Source: Limnochordia bacterium
Lineage (GTDB): Bacteria; Bacillota; Limnochordia; DTU080
Assembly: GCA_050951545.1 (NCBI GenBank)
Contig: JBMNJG010000001.1
Location: 1 to 64,000, forward strand
DNA: 64,000 nucleotides
Direction of reading: 5' to 3'
Shown here: piece by piece, positions 40,021 through 49,201 of the stretch
Position numbering within the stretch: position 1 is the stretch's first letter
How the letters are laid out: each line of letters begins with the position of its first letter
Translations under genes and position numbers: made by a program
Notes under the pieces: model-generated
The model's input: the letters and a program-made list of their open reading frames with translations, nothing else
What the model was told of the DNA's origin: nothing
Database searches by the model: none

Positions 40021-40188
40021 CTACCCGTGCCGTACGCGATCTAACGCGCCCAGAAGCACATGGGCAAGACCGAAGCCCAAGATGCCCGAACCCAACCGTT
40101 CCCGCCTGCGCATGGTTAGCGCACCTGCCGTGGTCACCACAGCCCCTAAGCCTGTGATGATCCAGTCGGTCATCATTCTCTTCCTCAA
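40021..40188 (-). CDS. small two-helix membrane protein (55 aa), below ORF-track cutoff
   Basis: AAGGAGG RBS + TTG; MRKRMMTDWIITGLGAVVTTAGALTMRRRERLGSGILGFGLAHVLLGALDRVRHG. Confidence 0.7.
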   Translation of the reverse strand: MRKRMMTDWIITGLGAVVTTAGALTMRRRERLGSGILGFGLAHVLLGALDRVRHG

Positions 40189-40305
40189 CAGCCCCACCTC
40201 CTTATCTAGTATCTGCGTTTTCCTACGAATTCAAGCAGGTCAGCAGGAATGGTGGCATCGCCACCTAAACTCAGCGTAGTAGGGCCGGCTAGGAGGTTTG
40301 TGTAG

Positions 40306-42549
40306 ATGGTAAACCCTCGCGATTTCCTTGGTCTTCGCTCGATTCTTGATCAGCACCGCGTCGCACTGTCTCCAAGTGGACAGCTGTTGGCCTATGTGGT
40401 ACGCGATCCGGGCCAGGTGCAAGCAACCGGCGATGACTCAGCATCGGCTTACGCCGGAAGTGAGGTGTGGGTGACCGATACTGAGTCGCATGAGACCTGG
40501 GTGCCGCTTCAGGGAGGGAGGTCTTGGAGCCCATGCTGGAGCCCAGATGGCACCAAACTAGCCCTCTGTAGTGACAGCGAGGGGGCGACGCACGTCTACG
40601 TATGGCATGCAGCCACTGGCGACTTACAGCGTGTGTCAGACGAGGTCATCTGGCAAAGCAGTCTGTACGATATCAATCGGCTATGGCTCGACGACGAGCG
40701 TATCTGTGTTCCATTGCCTGTGACGCGCCCTGAGCAGACGAACGACGTTGAAGAGGAAACCGAGCTATCGTCATCTGACAACAGATGCACGGCAGAAGTG
40801 CTGTATTGTCCGCGCCGGGATAAGCCAGGGGCTCAGGCGCCGTCGGCCCCCTTGGCGGACTTAGCGATCATCGACATCTCCACGGGGGACGTGCAGCGTT
40901 TTGCTCTGGGGTTGCCCCAGGCGAAGCTGTACCCATCGCCTGATGGTCAGTACATCGCCGTACAGACCGTGGATGGGCCTGAGCGTTTGGGTGCATTCCG
41001 TTTCCGGGGATCGATTTACGTTGTCGATCCGTCATCGGCTGGTTCACCGAGCGTCATCGCCAAAGACCTGCTCATGGTTAGCATAGGGCGCATACGGCAC
41101 CATCCTGTATGGTCACCAGGAGGTGACAAACTGGCCTTCATCCACGAGAACCGGGTGGCGGTGTGGTCGGCAGGGGGTGCCACGCGCGCGGTGACTCCGG
41201 ACTCCGGCGTTGAGCTGAAAGAGCATTTCCTTTTGTGGAGTCCTGATGGAGCAGCTCTTCTGCTACGCAGTTCGAAGGGGTGGCTGTTGCTAGGTCTGGA
41301 TGGCCAGGACAGGCACCTGGCGGTGCCGTCTGCAAGGAACGTGCGAGGTATCCTCCGTCGTTTTCCTGACGACTGTTTCTGGAGCCGAGACGGGATGTCA
41401 TGTGTTGCCTGGACGCGGGATGACACAACTATGCGCCATGGCTTCTGGCAGGTGCCGCTTGACGGAGACCGTCCCCAGCAGCTTGTCGAGGACAACCGGG
41501 CCTTCTACGCTTCGCCAGCCTGGGAACTCGGGGGATCTATGGCAGACATATCCGCCGGAGGCGAGCGTGTGGTATTTGCTGCAGAGAGTACTGTCTCACC
41601 GAATGAGCTATGGGTGGCAGATGCGTCGTTTAGTAAGCTCAAGCAGGTGACGAAGATCAACCCTCGCTTGCCGCAGTTACCGCTGGGCACCGAGAAGCTC
41701 ATTGCCTGGGTTGACGGAGTCGACCGTCAGCAGCGAGGAATGATCCTGGCCCCGCCGCATGAGCCCGGCGAGAGGCTCCCGGTGGTCATTAGCATCTATC
41801 CTCGACCAGGAGCCCCAGACAGCAGCAAGTTTCGCACCTGGTCTCTGCAGACAGCAAGTGCTATTCTGCCTCCTCAACTGCTGGTGGCCAACGGCTATGC
41901 GGTGTTCGTGCCCGACCTTGACCCGCAAGGCAAGGACTTCGTCGCGGCACTGCACGTGGATGTGCTTCTAGCTGTACGGGCTGCTTTGGCTGAGGGGCTG
42001 TTTGACCCCGACCGTATGGCGATCATGGGCCACAGTTTCGGCGGGTATGCGGTCAACTGCCTGGTCACTCAGACGAACCTGTTCAAAGCGGCCGTGTCCT
42101 GCGCGGGTGTCGGCGACCTGTCAACGCAGTTTGGCGCTTCCTTTGTCGAGGACGGACGGATTGACGCCTATGGGTGCCAGCACGTGGCGACGGGTCAGTT
42201 GGGGATTGGGCTACCATGGGATAATCCGTTGGGGTACCTTACCAACTCGCCTCTTTTTCATCTTGATCGCGTGCAGACGCCTCTGCTGCTGATTGGTGGC
42301 GCTGATGATCCGCTGTTTCAACCGCAAGAGATGCTTGTCGGGTTGGAGCTACTTGACAAACCAGTGCAGTGTGTGCGCTATCGACATGAAGGCCACGTCC
42401 CCTCAGAGTGGAGCTTGCCCAATCAGGAGGATGTCGCCGAGCGGATCCTGAATTGGTTGAGCACGCATCTTGGCGTCGCACAAGCAGAACGTACATCCCA
42501 AACAGGAGGCATCACGAATGGCCTACCAACCAGCGGAGTCTCGGTATAG
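40306..42549 (+). CDS. S9 family prolyl oligopeptidase / acylaminoacyl peptidase
   Basis: WSPDG propeller repeats; GHSFGG nucleophile, GADD, EGH triad. Confidence 0.88.
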   Translation: MVNPRDFLGLRSILDQHRVALSPSGQLLAYVVRDPGQVQATGDDSASAYAGSEVWVTDTESHETWVPLQGGRSWSPCWSPDGTKLALCSDSEGATHVYVWHAATGDLQRVSDEVIWQSSLYDINRLWLDDERICVPLPVTRPEQTNDVEEETELSSSDNRCTAEVLYCPRRDKPGAQAPSAPLADLAIIDISTGDVQRFALGLPQAKLYPSPDGQYIAVQTVDGPERLGAFRFRGSIYVVDPSSAGSPSVIAKDLLMVSIGRIRHHPVWSPGGDKLAFIHENRVAVWSAGGATRAVTPDSGVELKEHFLLWSPDGAALLLRSSKGWLLLGLDGQDRHLAVPSARNVRGILRRFPDDCFWSRDGMSCVAWTRDDTTMRHGFWQVPLDGDRPQQLVEDNRAFYASPAWELGGSMADISAGGERVVFAAESTVSPNELWVADASFSKLKQVTKINPRLPQLPLGTEKLIAWVDGVDRQQRGMILAPPHEPGERLPVVISIYPRPGAPDSSKFRTWSLQTASAILPPQLLVANGYAVFVPDLDPQGKDFVAALHVDVLLAVRAALAEGLFDPDRMAIMGHSFGGYAVNCLVTQTNLFKAAVSCAGVGDLSTQFGASFVEDGRIDAYGCQHVATGQLGIGLPWDNPLGYLTNSPLFHLDRVQTPLLLIGGADDPLFQPQEMLVGLELLDKPVQCVRYRHEGHVPSEWSLPNQEDVAERILNWLSTHLGVAQAERTSQTGGITNGLPTSGVSV

Positions 42550-43510
42550 CAGTCTCGCCTACAGGCGGTGTGGACGCAGTGGGCTGAAACTCCCCGCAAT
42601 CGCCTTAGGCTTCTGGCATAATTTCGGTGGAACAAGCGACTACGACAATGCGCGGGCCATGGTTCGCAAGGCTTTTGATCTTGGAATCACGCACTTGGAC
42701 CTAGCGAACAACTACGGGCCTCCTCCAGGATCTGCGGAAGAGACGTTGGGGCGCATCTTGCGCGACGACCTACGCCCTTGGCGTGATGAGCTGATCATCT
42801 CTACGAAAGCGGGTTATACCATGTGGCCCGGTCCGTACGGTGACTGGGGGTCACGGAAGTACCTGCTAGCGAGTCTGGATCAGAGTCTCCGTCGCATGGG
42901 GCTGGATTACGTCGATATCTTCTACCATCATCGGATGGACCCTGAGACGCCGTTAGAGGAGACGATGGCCGCATTGGCTTCCGCAGTGCAGCAAGGGAAA
43001 GCCCTCTATGTAGGCTTGTCAAACTACGATGCGCCAACTACCCGCAAGGCGGCGGCGCTACTGCGCCAGATGGGCGTGGCCTGCCTCATCCACCAACCCC
43101 GCTACAACATGCTAGACCGGGGGATTGAGCGCTCTCTTCTAGATGCTTTGCATGAGGAAGGCATCGGCTGTATAGCCTTCGTCCCCCTTGCTCAGGGGCT
43201 GCTTACCAGTCGCTACCTAGAGGGCATTCCAGAAGACTCCAGAGCAGCCGGGCCCAGCCCGTTCTTGCGAAGAGAGCGCATCACGCCCGAGCTCCTAGCC
43301 AAGCTGAGGTCCCTAAACGAGCTGGTCCACGCCAGAGGTCAGACTCTTGCGCAGATGGCTCTGGCCTGGGTGTTGAGGGATTCGCGAGTTACCTCAGCGC
43401 TTATTGGTGCGAGTCGTCCGTCGCAGATCGAGGAGAATGTACAGGCTTGTCACAACGTGGAGTTCGGCGCTGAAGAGCTGGCGCAAATCGACGCCATCAC
43501 AGGCGCCTAG
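42518..43510 (+). CDS. mgrA: L-glyceraldehyde 3-phosphate reductase (aldo-keto reductase)
   Basis: YRRCGRSGLKLPAIALGFWHNFG, DLANNYGPPPGSAE, MWPGPYGDWGSRKYL. Confidence 0.9.
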   Translation: MAYQPAESRYSSLAYRRCGRSGLKLPAIALGFWHNFGGTSDYDNARAMVRKAFDLGITHLDLANNYGPPPGSAEETLGRILRDDLRPWRDELIISTKAGYTMWPGPYGDWGSRKYLLASLDQSLRRMGLDYVDIFYHHRMDPETPLEETMAALASAVQQGKALYVGLSNYDAPTTRKAAALLRQMGVACLIHQPRYNMLDRGIERSLLDALHEEGIGCIAFVPLAQGLLTSRYLEGIPEDSRAAGPSPFLRRERITPELLAKLRSLNELVHARGQTLAQMALAWVLRDSRVTSALIGASRPSQIEENVQACHNVEFGAEELAQIDAITGA

Positions 43511-43544
43511 CTATCTTTGAGATAGCACCCAAAGGAGGGTCACC

Positions 43545-44789
43545 ATGACTGTACCCGAGCCGGAACCACGCATCGCTCGTTTCGAACGTCTTGCCTACGG
43601 AATGTTCATTCACTGGGGCCTGTATTCCCAGCTTGGCAAGGGGGAGTGGATCCAGCATCAGGCGCAAATCCCGCAGGCAGAGTATGAGAAGCTGACCGAG
43701 ACATTTACCGCCGATGAGTTTGATGCCCGGGCGATCGCTCGCCTAGCCAAAGACGCTGGCATGAAGTACATCACGATCACCAGTCGGCACCATGATGGCT
43801 TCTCGCTCTACGACACGCGGGGACTGAGCGACTATGATGCCCCTCATTCCGCAGCGAAGCGTGATTTGATCGCCGAGTTCGTTGACGGATGCCGTGCCGA
43901 GGGGATCATTCCTTTCTTTTATCATACGACGCTAGATTGGCGCTGGAAGACCCAGACGCTGGATGACGTGGAGTTTGACAAGTACCTGGACTATCTGCAT
44001 GCATCGGTGGAGATCCTGTGTACCCAGTACGGCCCCATCGGGGGATTATGGTTCGACGGCAACTGGTCTCGCAAGGTCGACTGGAAAGAGGATCGGCTCT
44101 ATGGGATCATCCGCCGTCATCAGCCCGAAGCGATGATCATCAACAATACCGGGCTTGGGGCGCGTGGCGTCGTGGGTCATCCGGAGATCGACAGCACCAC
44201 GTTTGAGCAGGGTCTACCGACCCCAGTCGACCGCCGTGGCTGGCCCAAATACGTGGCTGGTGAGATGTGCCATACGATGAACAGACACTGGGGCTATGCG
44301 AAGGACGATATCAACTACATTTCGCCAGCGCAAGTGGTGGAGAGTCTAGCACTCTGCCGCAAAGTCGGCGCCAACTACCTACTTAACGTGGGTCCTACAC
44401 CGGAAGGTGCCATTCCTGACTATGAGGCGGCGGCACTAAGGCGTGCAGGGGCTTGGGTGAAGATGCAAGGCCAGGTCATCTACGAAGGCCAACCAGCGAC
44501 ATGTAGGGCTCCAGGCAGGGATTTCCTGCTTGAACATGCTGGCCAGCTGTACTGGTTCGTCTTCGATCTCGCCGTCCGGGGTGATGCGCATGTGGTAATG
44601 CCGGGAAGCGGTACGGGTCCCCGTACGATTACAGGCCTTAAGCGTCCAATTCGACAGGTGCGCTGGCTCGACAACAGTGAGTCGCTAGACTTCGTTCAAC
44701 ACACAGGAAAAGGCTTCGCGACAGTGGATCTCACTGGTCAGCCATATGGCACGAATTGGGTGGTTCGCGTCGCTGAGATCTCGTTGTGA
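43545..44789 (+). CDS. alpha-L-fucosidase (GH29)
   Basis: GMFIHWGLYS, RHHDGF, LWFDG, WGY, LLNVGP. Confidence 0.9.
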   Translation: MTVPEPEPRIARFERLAYGMFIHWGLYSQLGKGEWIQHQAQIPQAEYEKLTETFTADEFDARAIARLAKDAGMKYITITSRHHDGFSLYDTRGLSDYDAPHSAAKRDLIAEFVDGCRAEGIIPFFYHTTLDWRWKTQTLDDVEFDKYLDYLHASVEILCTQYGPIGGLWFDGNWSRKVDWKEDRLYGIIRRHQPEAMIINNTGLGARGVVGHPEIDSTTFEQGLPTPVDRRGWPKYVAGEMCHTMNRHWGYAKDDINYISPAQVVESLALCRKVGANYLLNVGPTPEGAIPDYEAAALRRAGAWVKMQGQVIYEGQPATCRAPGRDFLLEHAGQLYWFVFDLAVRGDAHVVMPGSGTGPRTITGLKRPIRQVRWLDNSESLDFVQHTGKGFATVDLTGQPYGTNWVVRVAEISL

Positions 44790-44848
44790 CACATTCACCA
44801 TCCGATTAGTAGGGAGGCGTGCGATGGGACTCAGTGCTAACCAATACC

Positions 44849-45044
44849 GGTCGGTGTCTCGGAGTGTCTATTTGTAGGGGATAACCCCAGAGCGGATGTT
44901 GTGGGAGCACATGAAGCCGGAATGAAGGTAGCATGGTTCCAAGCAAATCAAAGTCAAAGCTGGCCCGAGGAACTTACCTTCAGACCAGTGCACGTTGTGA
45001 GCAATGCCGGAGGCATAATTGAGATAGTTTCTCAAGCGGCGTAG
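44849..45044 (+). pseudogene. HAD hydrolase C-terminal fragment (decayed gene cassette)
   Basis: ECLFVGDNPRADVVGAHEAGMKVAW, stop immediately before an attC R'' box. Confidence 0.6.
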
Positions 45045-45047
45045 ACG

Positions 45048-45121
45048 GCCTAACAAGCGTATCCAGCGGACGAGTCAAGCCAGGTGGTTCGATTGAGACC
45101 ATCGGCCGTCGCCGCTGATAC
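45048..45121 (+). repeat. attC site, truncated (R' missing)
   Basis: GCCTAAC-AAGCGTATCCAGCGG...CCGCTGATAC, then breaks off. Confidence 0.7.
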
Positions 45122-45150
45122 TATGATGACTACATGAAAAAACCGAATGA

Positions 45151-45238
45151 CCATAACTCGCGTTCACTGGCCGGGAGCCAGGTTGGTGCCTTGAACGAAA
45201 CCGGCGACCGCCGCCGCCGATTCGCAAGAACGTTAGAC
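45151..45238 (+). repeat. attC site, degenerate left arm
   Basis: CCATAAC...CCGCCGCCGATTCGCAAGAAC-GTTAGAC. Confidence 0.65.
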
Positions 45239-45239
45239 C

Positions 45240-45606
45240 TAATTCAGTGTTGGTGCCAAACCCGATTCAGACGTAGATTTGCTGGTTATCCGGGCACGGC
45301 CTTTCGATGACGGAAGCGACCGACGCAAGGAAATGGTTCGGATATGGCGAGCCTTGGCACGATTTCCCGTAGCGAAGGACATTCTCGTATATAGGCGAGA
45401 AGAGCTCGAGCGTTGGCGAGGCTCTCGGAACCACATCATTGCAGGGGCCCTGAAAGAGGGGAAGGTTCTGTATGGAAGCATATGAGGAGGCGCGCCATCT
45501 TTTAGCCGCCGCACACAAGGACCTTCGGGCGCTCAAGGCCATGTTTGACAAGGATGAGTACCCCAGAACCCACTCGGTAGTAGGCTCCCTTGTTGATGTT
45601 ACCTGA
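45240..45606 (+). pseudogene. decayed MNT (nucleotidyltransferase)-HEPN toxin-antitoxin cassette
   Basis: KPDSDVDLLVI...ALKEGKVLYG (MNT, N-terminus lost) overlapping MEAYEEARHLLAAAHKDLRAL..YPRTHS (HEPN with deletions). Confidence 0.7.
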
Positions 45607-45623
45607 CACTGTGTGGTGAATAG

Positions 45624-45714
45624 GTCTAACAAGCGCATTCAGCGGACGGAGTGGTAAGTGGGTACCTATCGCGGTAGGTGGGTGCGCCGCCGCTTATACG
45701 CAATGACGCTAGAT
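45624..45714 (+). repeat. attC site (R' = GCTAGAT, non-canonical)
   Basis: GTCTAAC..GCATTCAGCGG...CCGCTTATACGC..GCTAGAT. Confidence 0.8.
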
Positions 45715-45774
45715 GCACATTGTTGACGGTTGGGCAACCTTCGACCAGTGTGTATCTGAGAGAGGTGATATATC

Positions 45775-46236
45775 ATGTCGCGTTTTCGCTACACTATCCG
45801 TAAGGCAGAACGCGCCGATGTTGACCAGCTTATACGCTTGTCCAAGCTCTGGGCAGTTGAAGGCTGTACGCGTGGGTATCCAGCGTTTGACAAAGGCGGT
45901 GATAGGCCCGAAAAATGGTTCACTAGCGGATACATATGGGTTGCAGAGTTGGGTGATACAATCGTAGGTTTTGTTGCTGGTGTTGCTAAAATCGGCCATG
46001 GACAGCCCTTTAATTCGGATGGAGAGCGATACCTGCATATTCATGAAGTCTATGTTGAGCCAGGTCACCGGGGTGACGGCGTAGGAAGCTGCTTAGTGGA
46101 AGCGATTTTGAGCAATGCAAAATCAGATGGGATTCAAAGATCGTTAGTGGCATCTGGCAATGTCGATTGGGAGAACACTTATCGCTTCTATGCGCGACAC
46201 GGTTTTCAGATGCTGTCGATGCAGATGTATCTTTAG
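45775..46236 (+). CDS. GNAT N-acetyltransferase cassette (copy 1)
   Basis: IHEVYVEPGHRGDGVGS, YRFYARHGF. Confidence 0.88.
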   Translation: MSRFRYTIRKAERADVDQLIRLSKLWAVEGCTRGYPAFDKGGDRPEKWFTSGYIWVAELGDTIVGFVAGVAKIGHGQPFNSDGERYLHIHEVYVEPGHRGDGVGSCLVEAILSNAKSDGIQRSLVASGNVDWENTYRFYARHGFQMLSMQMYL

Positions 46237-46275
46237 GTGCTTGTCCTATGCATTTTCACGGAGCGCTTAAGTGGC

Positions 46276-46367
46276 ATCTAACAGGCGTATTAAGCGGCCG
46301 GCGTGGTAGGTTAGGTCTCATTGGCGGTAGGCTTGCGTGCCGCAGCTTATGCGCTAGATCGTTAGGA
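46276..46367 (+). repeat. attC site
   Basis: ATCTAAC...GCAGCTTATGCGC..GTTAGGA. Confidence 0.85.
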
Positions 46368-46432
46368 GCATATGAGATTAAGATGAAGACTGCCGTTGCG
46401 GCGATGGCGCGGAGAGATCGGAGGTGTGCGAT

Positions 46433-46852
46433 GTGGAGATCACTCTGCTGCATGCCACACCCAAGGCGAAGGTTGACATTATCCTCAGGGAGGGACTAAG
46501 GGCCGCTTCGGCGTTCAACGATCTTGGGATACCAATGAGGCGGGGAGTAGTATACTGCTGGCTCCGTCGCGAGCACGACAAGATGTGGGGGAACAATACC
46601 GATTATACCTACATCGAGGTTACCGTTGACCGCTCCAGGTGCCGAGTTGCTGACATGGAGTGGAGCTCACTGGCTCTCATGTACTTGCAGGGTAACCTGA
46701 AACCAGAGCATTCCGAGGCAGCTAGCCTTCTTGCCAGGTTGTATGAAGTGACGGCTGTCTCACTGGACAACTACCGTGAGGGCATGTTCTTCACACCGGA
46801 AGTCTTGGTGTCGGGTGATGTGAGCGCCAACAAGCTCGCTCCGGTTGACTGA
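46433..46852 (+). CDS. cassette protein, putative ADP-ribosyltransferase-fold (copy 1, full length)
   Basis: LLHATP...ILREGL, GVVYC, PEVLV; GGAGG RBS before GTG. Confidence 0.55.
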   Translation: MEITLLHATPKAKVDIILREGLRAASAFNDLGIPMRRGVVYCWLRREHDKMWGNNTDYTYIEVTVDRSRCRVADMEWSSLALMYLQGNLKPEHSEAASLLARLYEVTAVSLDNYREGMFFTPEVLVSGDVSANKLAPVD

Positions 46853-46893
46853 GCGTGTCCAGTTTGCCACCGGACTCACCAGGAATGACGAAC

Positions 46894-46987
46894 TCCTAAC
46901 AGGCGCATTCAGCGGCCGGAGTGGCAGGCTGGTACTCTTGGCGGAACCGACGACCGCCGCCGCAGCTGATGCGCTAGATCGTTAGGT
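46894..46987 (+). repeat. attC site
   Basis: TCCTAAC..GCATTCAGCGG...GCAGCTGATGCGC..GTTAGGT. Confidence 0.85.
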
Positions 46988-47064
46988 GGACATGTAGATG
47001 GAGCAGAGCCTGTTGAAAATGCGTACAACGACGGCGTAGGCCAGTAGCGAGGTGCACCATGTAT

Positions 47065-48932
47065 CTTGTTTTCCGCAGCCCCTAGGATGGGCCTAGGGGT
47101 TTACCTGAACTCGTAGCAGGAGATATCTTCCAAATCGCGAATCCTTCAGAAATGCCGTAATGAAGGGACGCGTGGCGAATGGACGACATCGAAATCACGC
47201 CAGTTCATGTGGGCGCAAGCGGATTCATTGCAGCGATCTGCCGAGAACTTGGGATCGCGGGGATGATCAACCGTTCCGTGCGTTGGGATGAGAAACAGTG
47301 GAAGGTGTCGCCGGGCACCCGGGCGGTTGCTCTAATCATCAACATTTTAGTGGCGCGGCGCCCCCTTTACCGCGTATGGGAGTCTTTCGAGCGGCTTGAC
47401 CTCCCCGTTTTGTTTGACGAGCCCGTGGAATTGAATGACCTCAATGATGATAGGTTTGGACGTACGCTCGACAGGTTGCATGAGTCGGATGAGCTACGCA
47501 AGATCACCAGCTCGGTAGCGTTGGCTGCTACCAGGCGGTTGCCTTTCGGGATCAGATCCGTTCATGCCGATACGACCACCCTATCGCTGGCCGGCAGATT
47601 CGAGCCGACCGAGAGTGACTTGGCCTTTTTGGAGGAGAATCCAGATCGCTCTTTGCTGAACATCACCTACGGCCACAGCAAGGATAAGCGGCCGGATCTG
47701 AAGCAAGTCTCCTATGGGCTCGTGGTCACTAGCGAAGGCATGCCTGTCTTGGGCAACGTCAACGACGGCAACCTGAGCGACAAGGTGTGGAACAGTGAGG
47801 TTCTCGGTGAGATCGAGACGAGCTTCCTTGATCCGGGACAGATCGTGTACGTAGCTGATTCTGCCTTGATCACTACGGGTAATCTGGAACAGATGGCCGA
47901 GCAAAAGATCCGTTTCATCTCCCGGCTGCCAGGGACGTATGGCCTAGTTGATGAGCTGAAAGAGAAGGCCTGGAAGCAGGGCCGTTGGGAATTCATTGGC
48001 CGAGTTAGCCTTAGCGAAAAAGGCGCCAAGTACCGGGCGCAAAGCCACATGGATACATTAGGGGGTCGCCCCTACCGTTTCGTCGTAGTCCATTCTGACG
48101 CCCTGGAAAAGCAGAAGGGCAGAAGCCTGCAACAGGCGGTAAAGCGGGAGTCTCAGCTAATTGAGAAGGCACAGGCCAAGCTGCAGAAGCAACGCTTCGA
48201 GTGTATGGGCGACGCTCAGAAAGCCCTTGACGATTTCTGCAACGAACATCGCCGATCGCGTCACCAACTCAAAGGTCGTGTCATCGCCGAGAATGTCGTA
48301 AAGCGACCTCCGGGGCGCCCTGCCAAAGACGCCAAACCGCCAACGGTTGTCGAGTACAGCGTTGAAGTACAGGTAGTCGCACCATCGGAGACGGCACTAC
48401 GTGTCGAGCAGGAACTGGCCGGGACCTTTGTCCTCATCACTACTTTGCCGGAGGATGAATGGAGCAACACGGAGATTCTTGAGGAGTACAAGGGCCAGAC
48501 CAGCGTGGAAACCCGCTTCCGCAACCTCAAAGCCGACCCATGTATCGTGGACACCCTATACGTCAACTCATCTCGCCGGGCGGAAGCACTCGCCTACCTG
48601 TTTCTCTTGGCTTTGATTGTGGCTTCGTATATCGAAGTGCGGGTCCGCCAGGAGCTCAAAAAACGCCAAAGACCCTTTCTGGTTCCAGGGAACCGTTGGA
48701 CCGAACGCCCAACGATGAGCATCATTTTCGACATTCTCAGTGGCGTTCAGATCCTCAAACTCTGCAACGGCACAACAACTCGAAGAAGGTTGCCTTCGAA
48801 CATCGATCCGCGCGTGTACGAGCTCCTGGAACTCACGGGCCTTGATCACAGGGCCTACACCCATGTGAGCTATGCTACGTAACCCGTGGCCAAAAACCAG
48901 GGGGGGTCAGGTAGAAGGGTGCGGAAAACCAG
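47065..48932 (+). mobile_element. IS1634 family insertion sequence
   Basis: Terminal IRs CTTGTTTTCCGCAGCC and reverse complement of right end CTGGTTTTCCGCACCC (14/16); no target duplication seen. Confidence 0.85.
47179..48882 (+). CDS. IS1634 family DDE transposase
   Basis: LNDDRFGRTLD, HADTTT, YGHSKDKRPDLKQ, DGNLSD, VADSAL, YKGQ..VE..FR.LK. Confidence 0.92.
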   Translation: MDDIEITPVHVGASGFIAAICRELGIAGMINRSVRWDEKQWKVSPGTRAVALIINILVARRPLYRVWESFERLDLPVLFDEPVELNDLNDDRFGRTLDRLHESDELRKITSSVALAATRRLPFGIRSVHADTTTLSLAGRFEPTESDLAFLEENPDRSLLNITYGHSKDKRPDLKQVSYGLVVTSEGMPVLGNVNDGNLSDKVWNSEVLGEIETSFLDPGQIVYVADSALITTGNLEQMAEQKIRFISRLPGTYGLVDELKEKAWKQGRWEFIGRVSLSEKGAKYRAQSHMDTLGGRPYRFVVVHSDALEKQKGRSLQQAVKRESQLIEKAQAKLQKQRFECMGDAQKALDDFCNEHRRSRHQLKGRVIAENVVKRPPGRPAKDAKPPTVVEYSVEVQVVAPSETALRVEQELAGTFVLITTLPEDEWSNTEILEEYKGQTSVETRFRNLKADPCIVDTLYVNSSRRAEALAYLFLLALIVASYIEVRVRQELKKRQRPFLVPGNRWTERPTMSIIFDILSGVQILKLCNGTTTRRRLPSNIDPRVYELLELTGLDHRAYTHVSYAT

Positions 48933-48936
48933 TAGG

Positions 48937-49023
48937 ATGAGGGTCTTTGTGCTGAACAGGACGAAGGAGCCCATGATGCTCTGCCATCGGGCTAGGACGG
49001 GAATAGGGTCAACCCTGGAATAA
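48937..49023 (+). pseudogene. IscB/RRXRR N-terminal PLMP-like remnant (28 aa)
   Basis: MRVFVLNRTKEPMMLCHRART resembles the IscB consensus VFVLD..xxPLMPCHPARAR. Confidence 0.5.
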
Positions 49024-49095
49024 GGACGGAGGGCTCGAAGGGTCATGTTCATGCAGCCGGTGCCTAGCGGATTCGGGTGATGTGTTGCAGTAAGG

Positions 49096-49124
49096 TGGAC
49101 CTTCCTTCGTAGATAGTATACAAT
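49096..49124 (+). promoter_or_regulatory. putative intI promoter
   Basis: TGGACC-N17-TACAAT. Confidence 0.4.
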
Positions 49125-49201
49125 TGAGCATATGATTCGAGCACCATACCGTGAGGGTTCGAGCAGGGGTGGTGCTGTTGGGTTCTTCGAGTCAAGGCGA
49201 T

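Noticed and set aside
49125-49140. LexA (Cheo) box GAGCATATGATTC upstream of intI
   Set aside because: It needs two mismatches and a 5-nt spacer versus GAAC-N4-GTTC; not supportable
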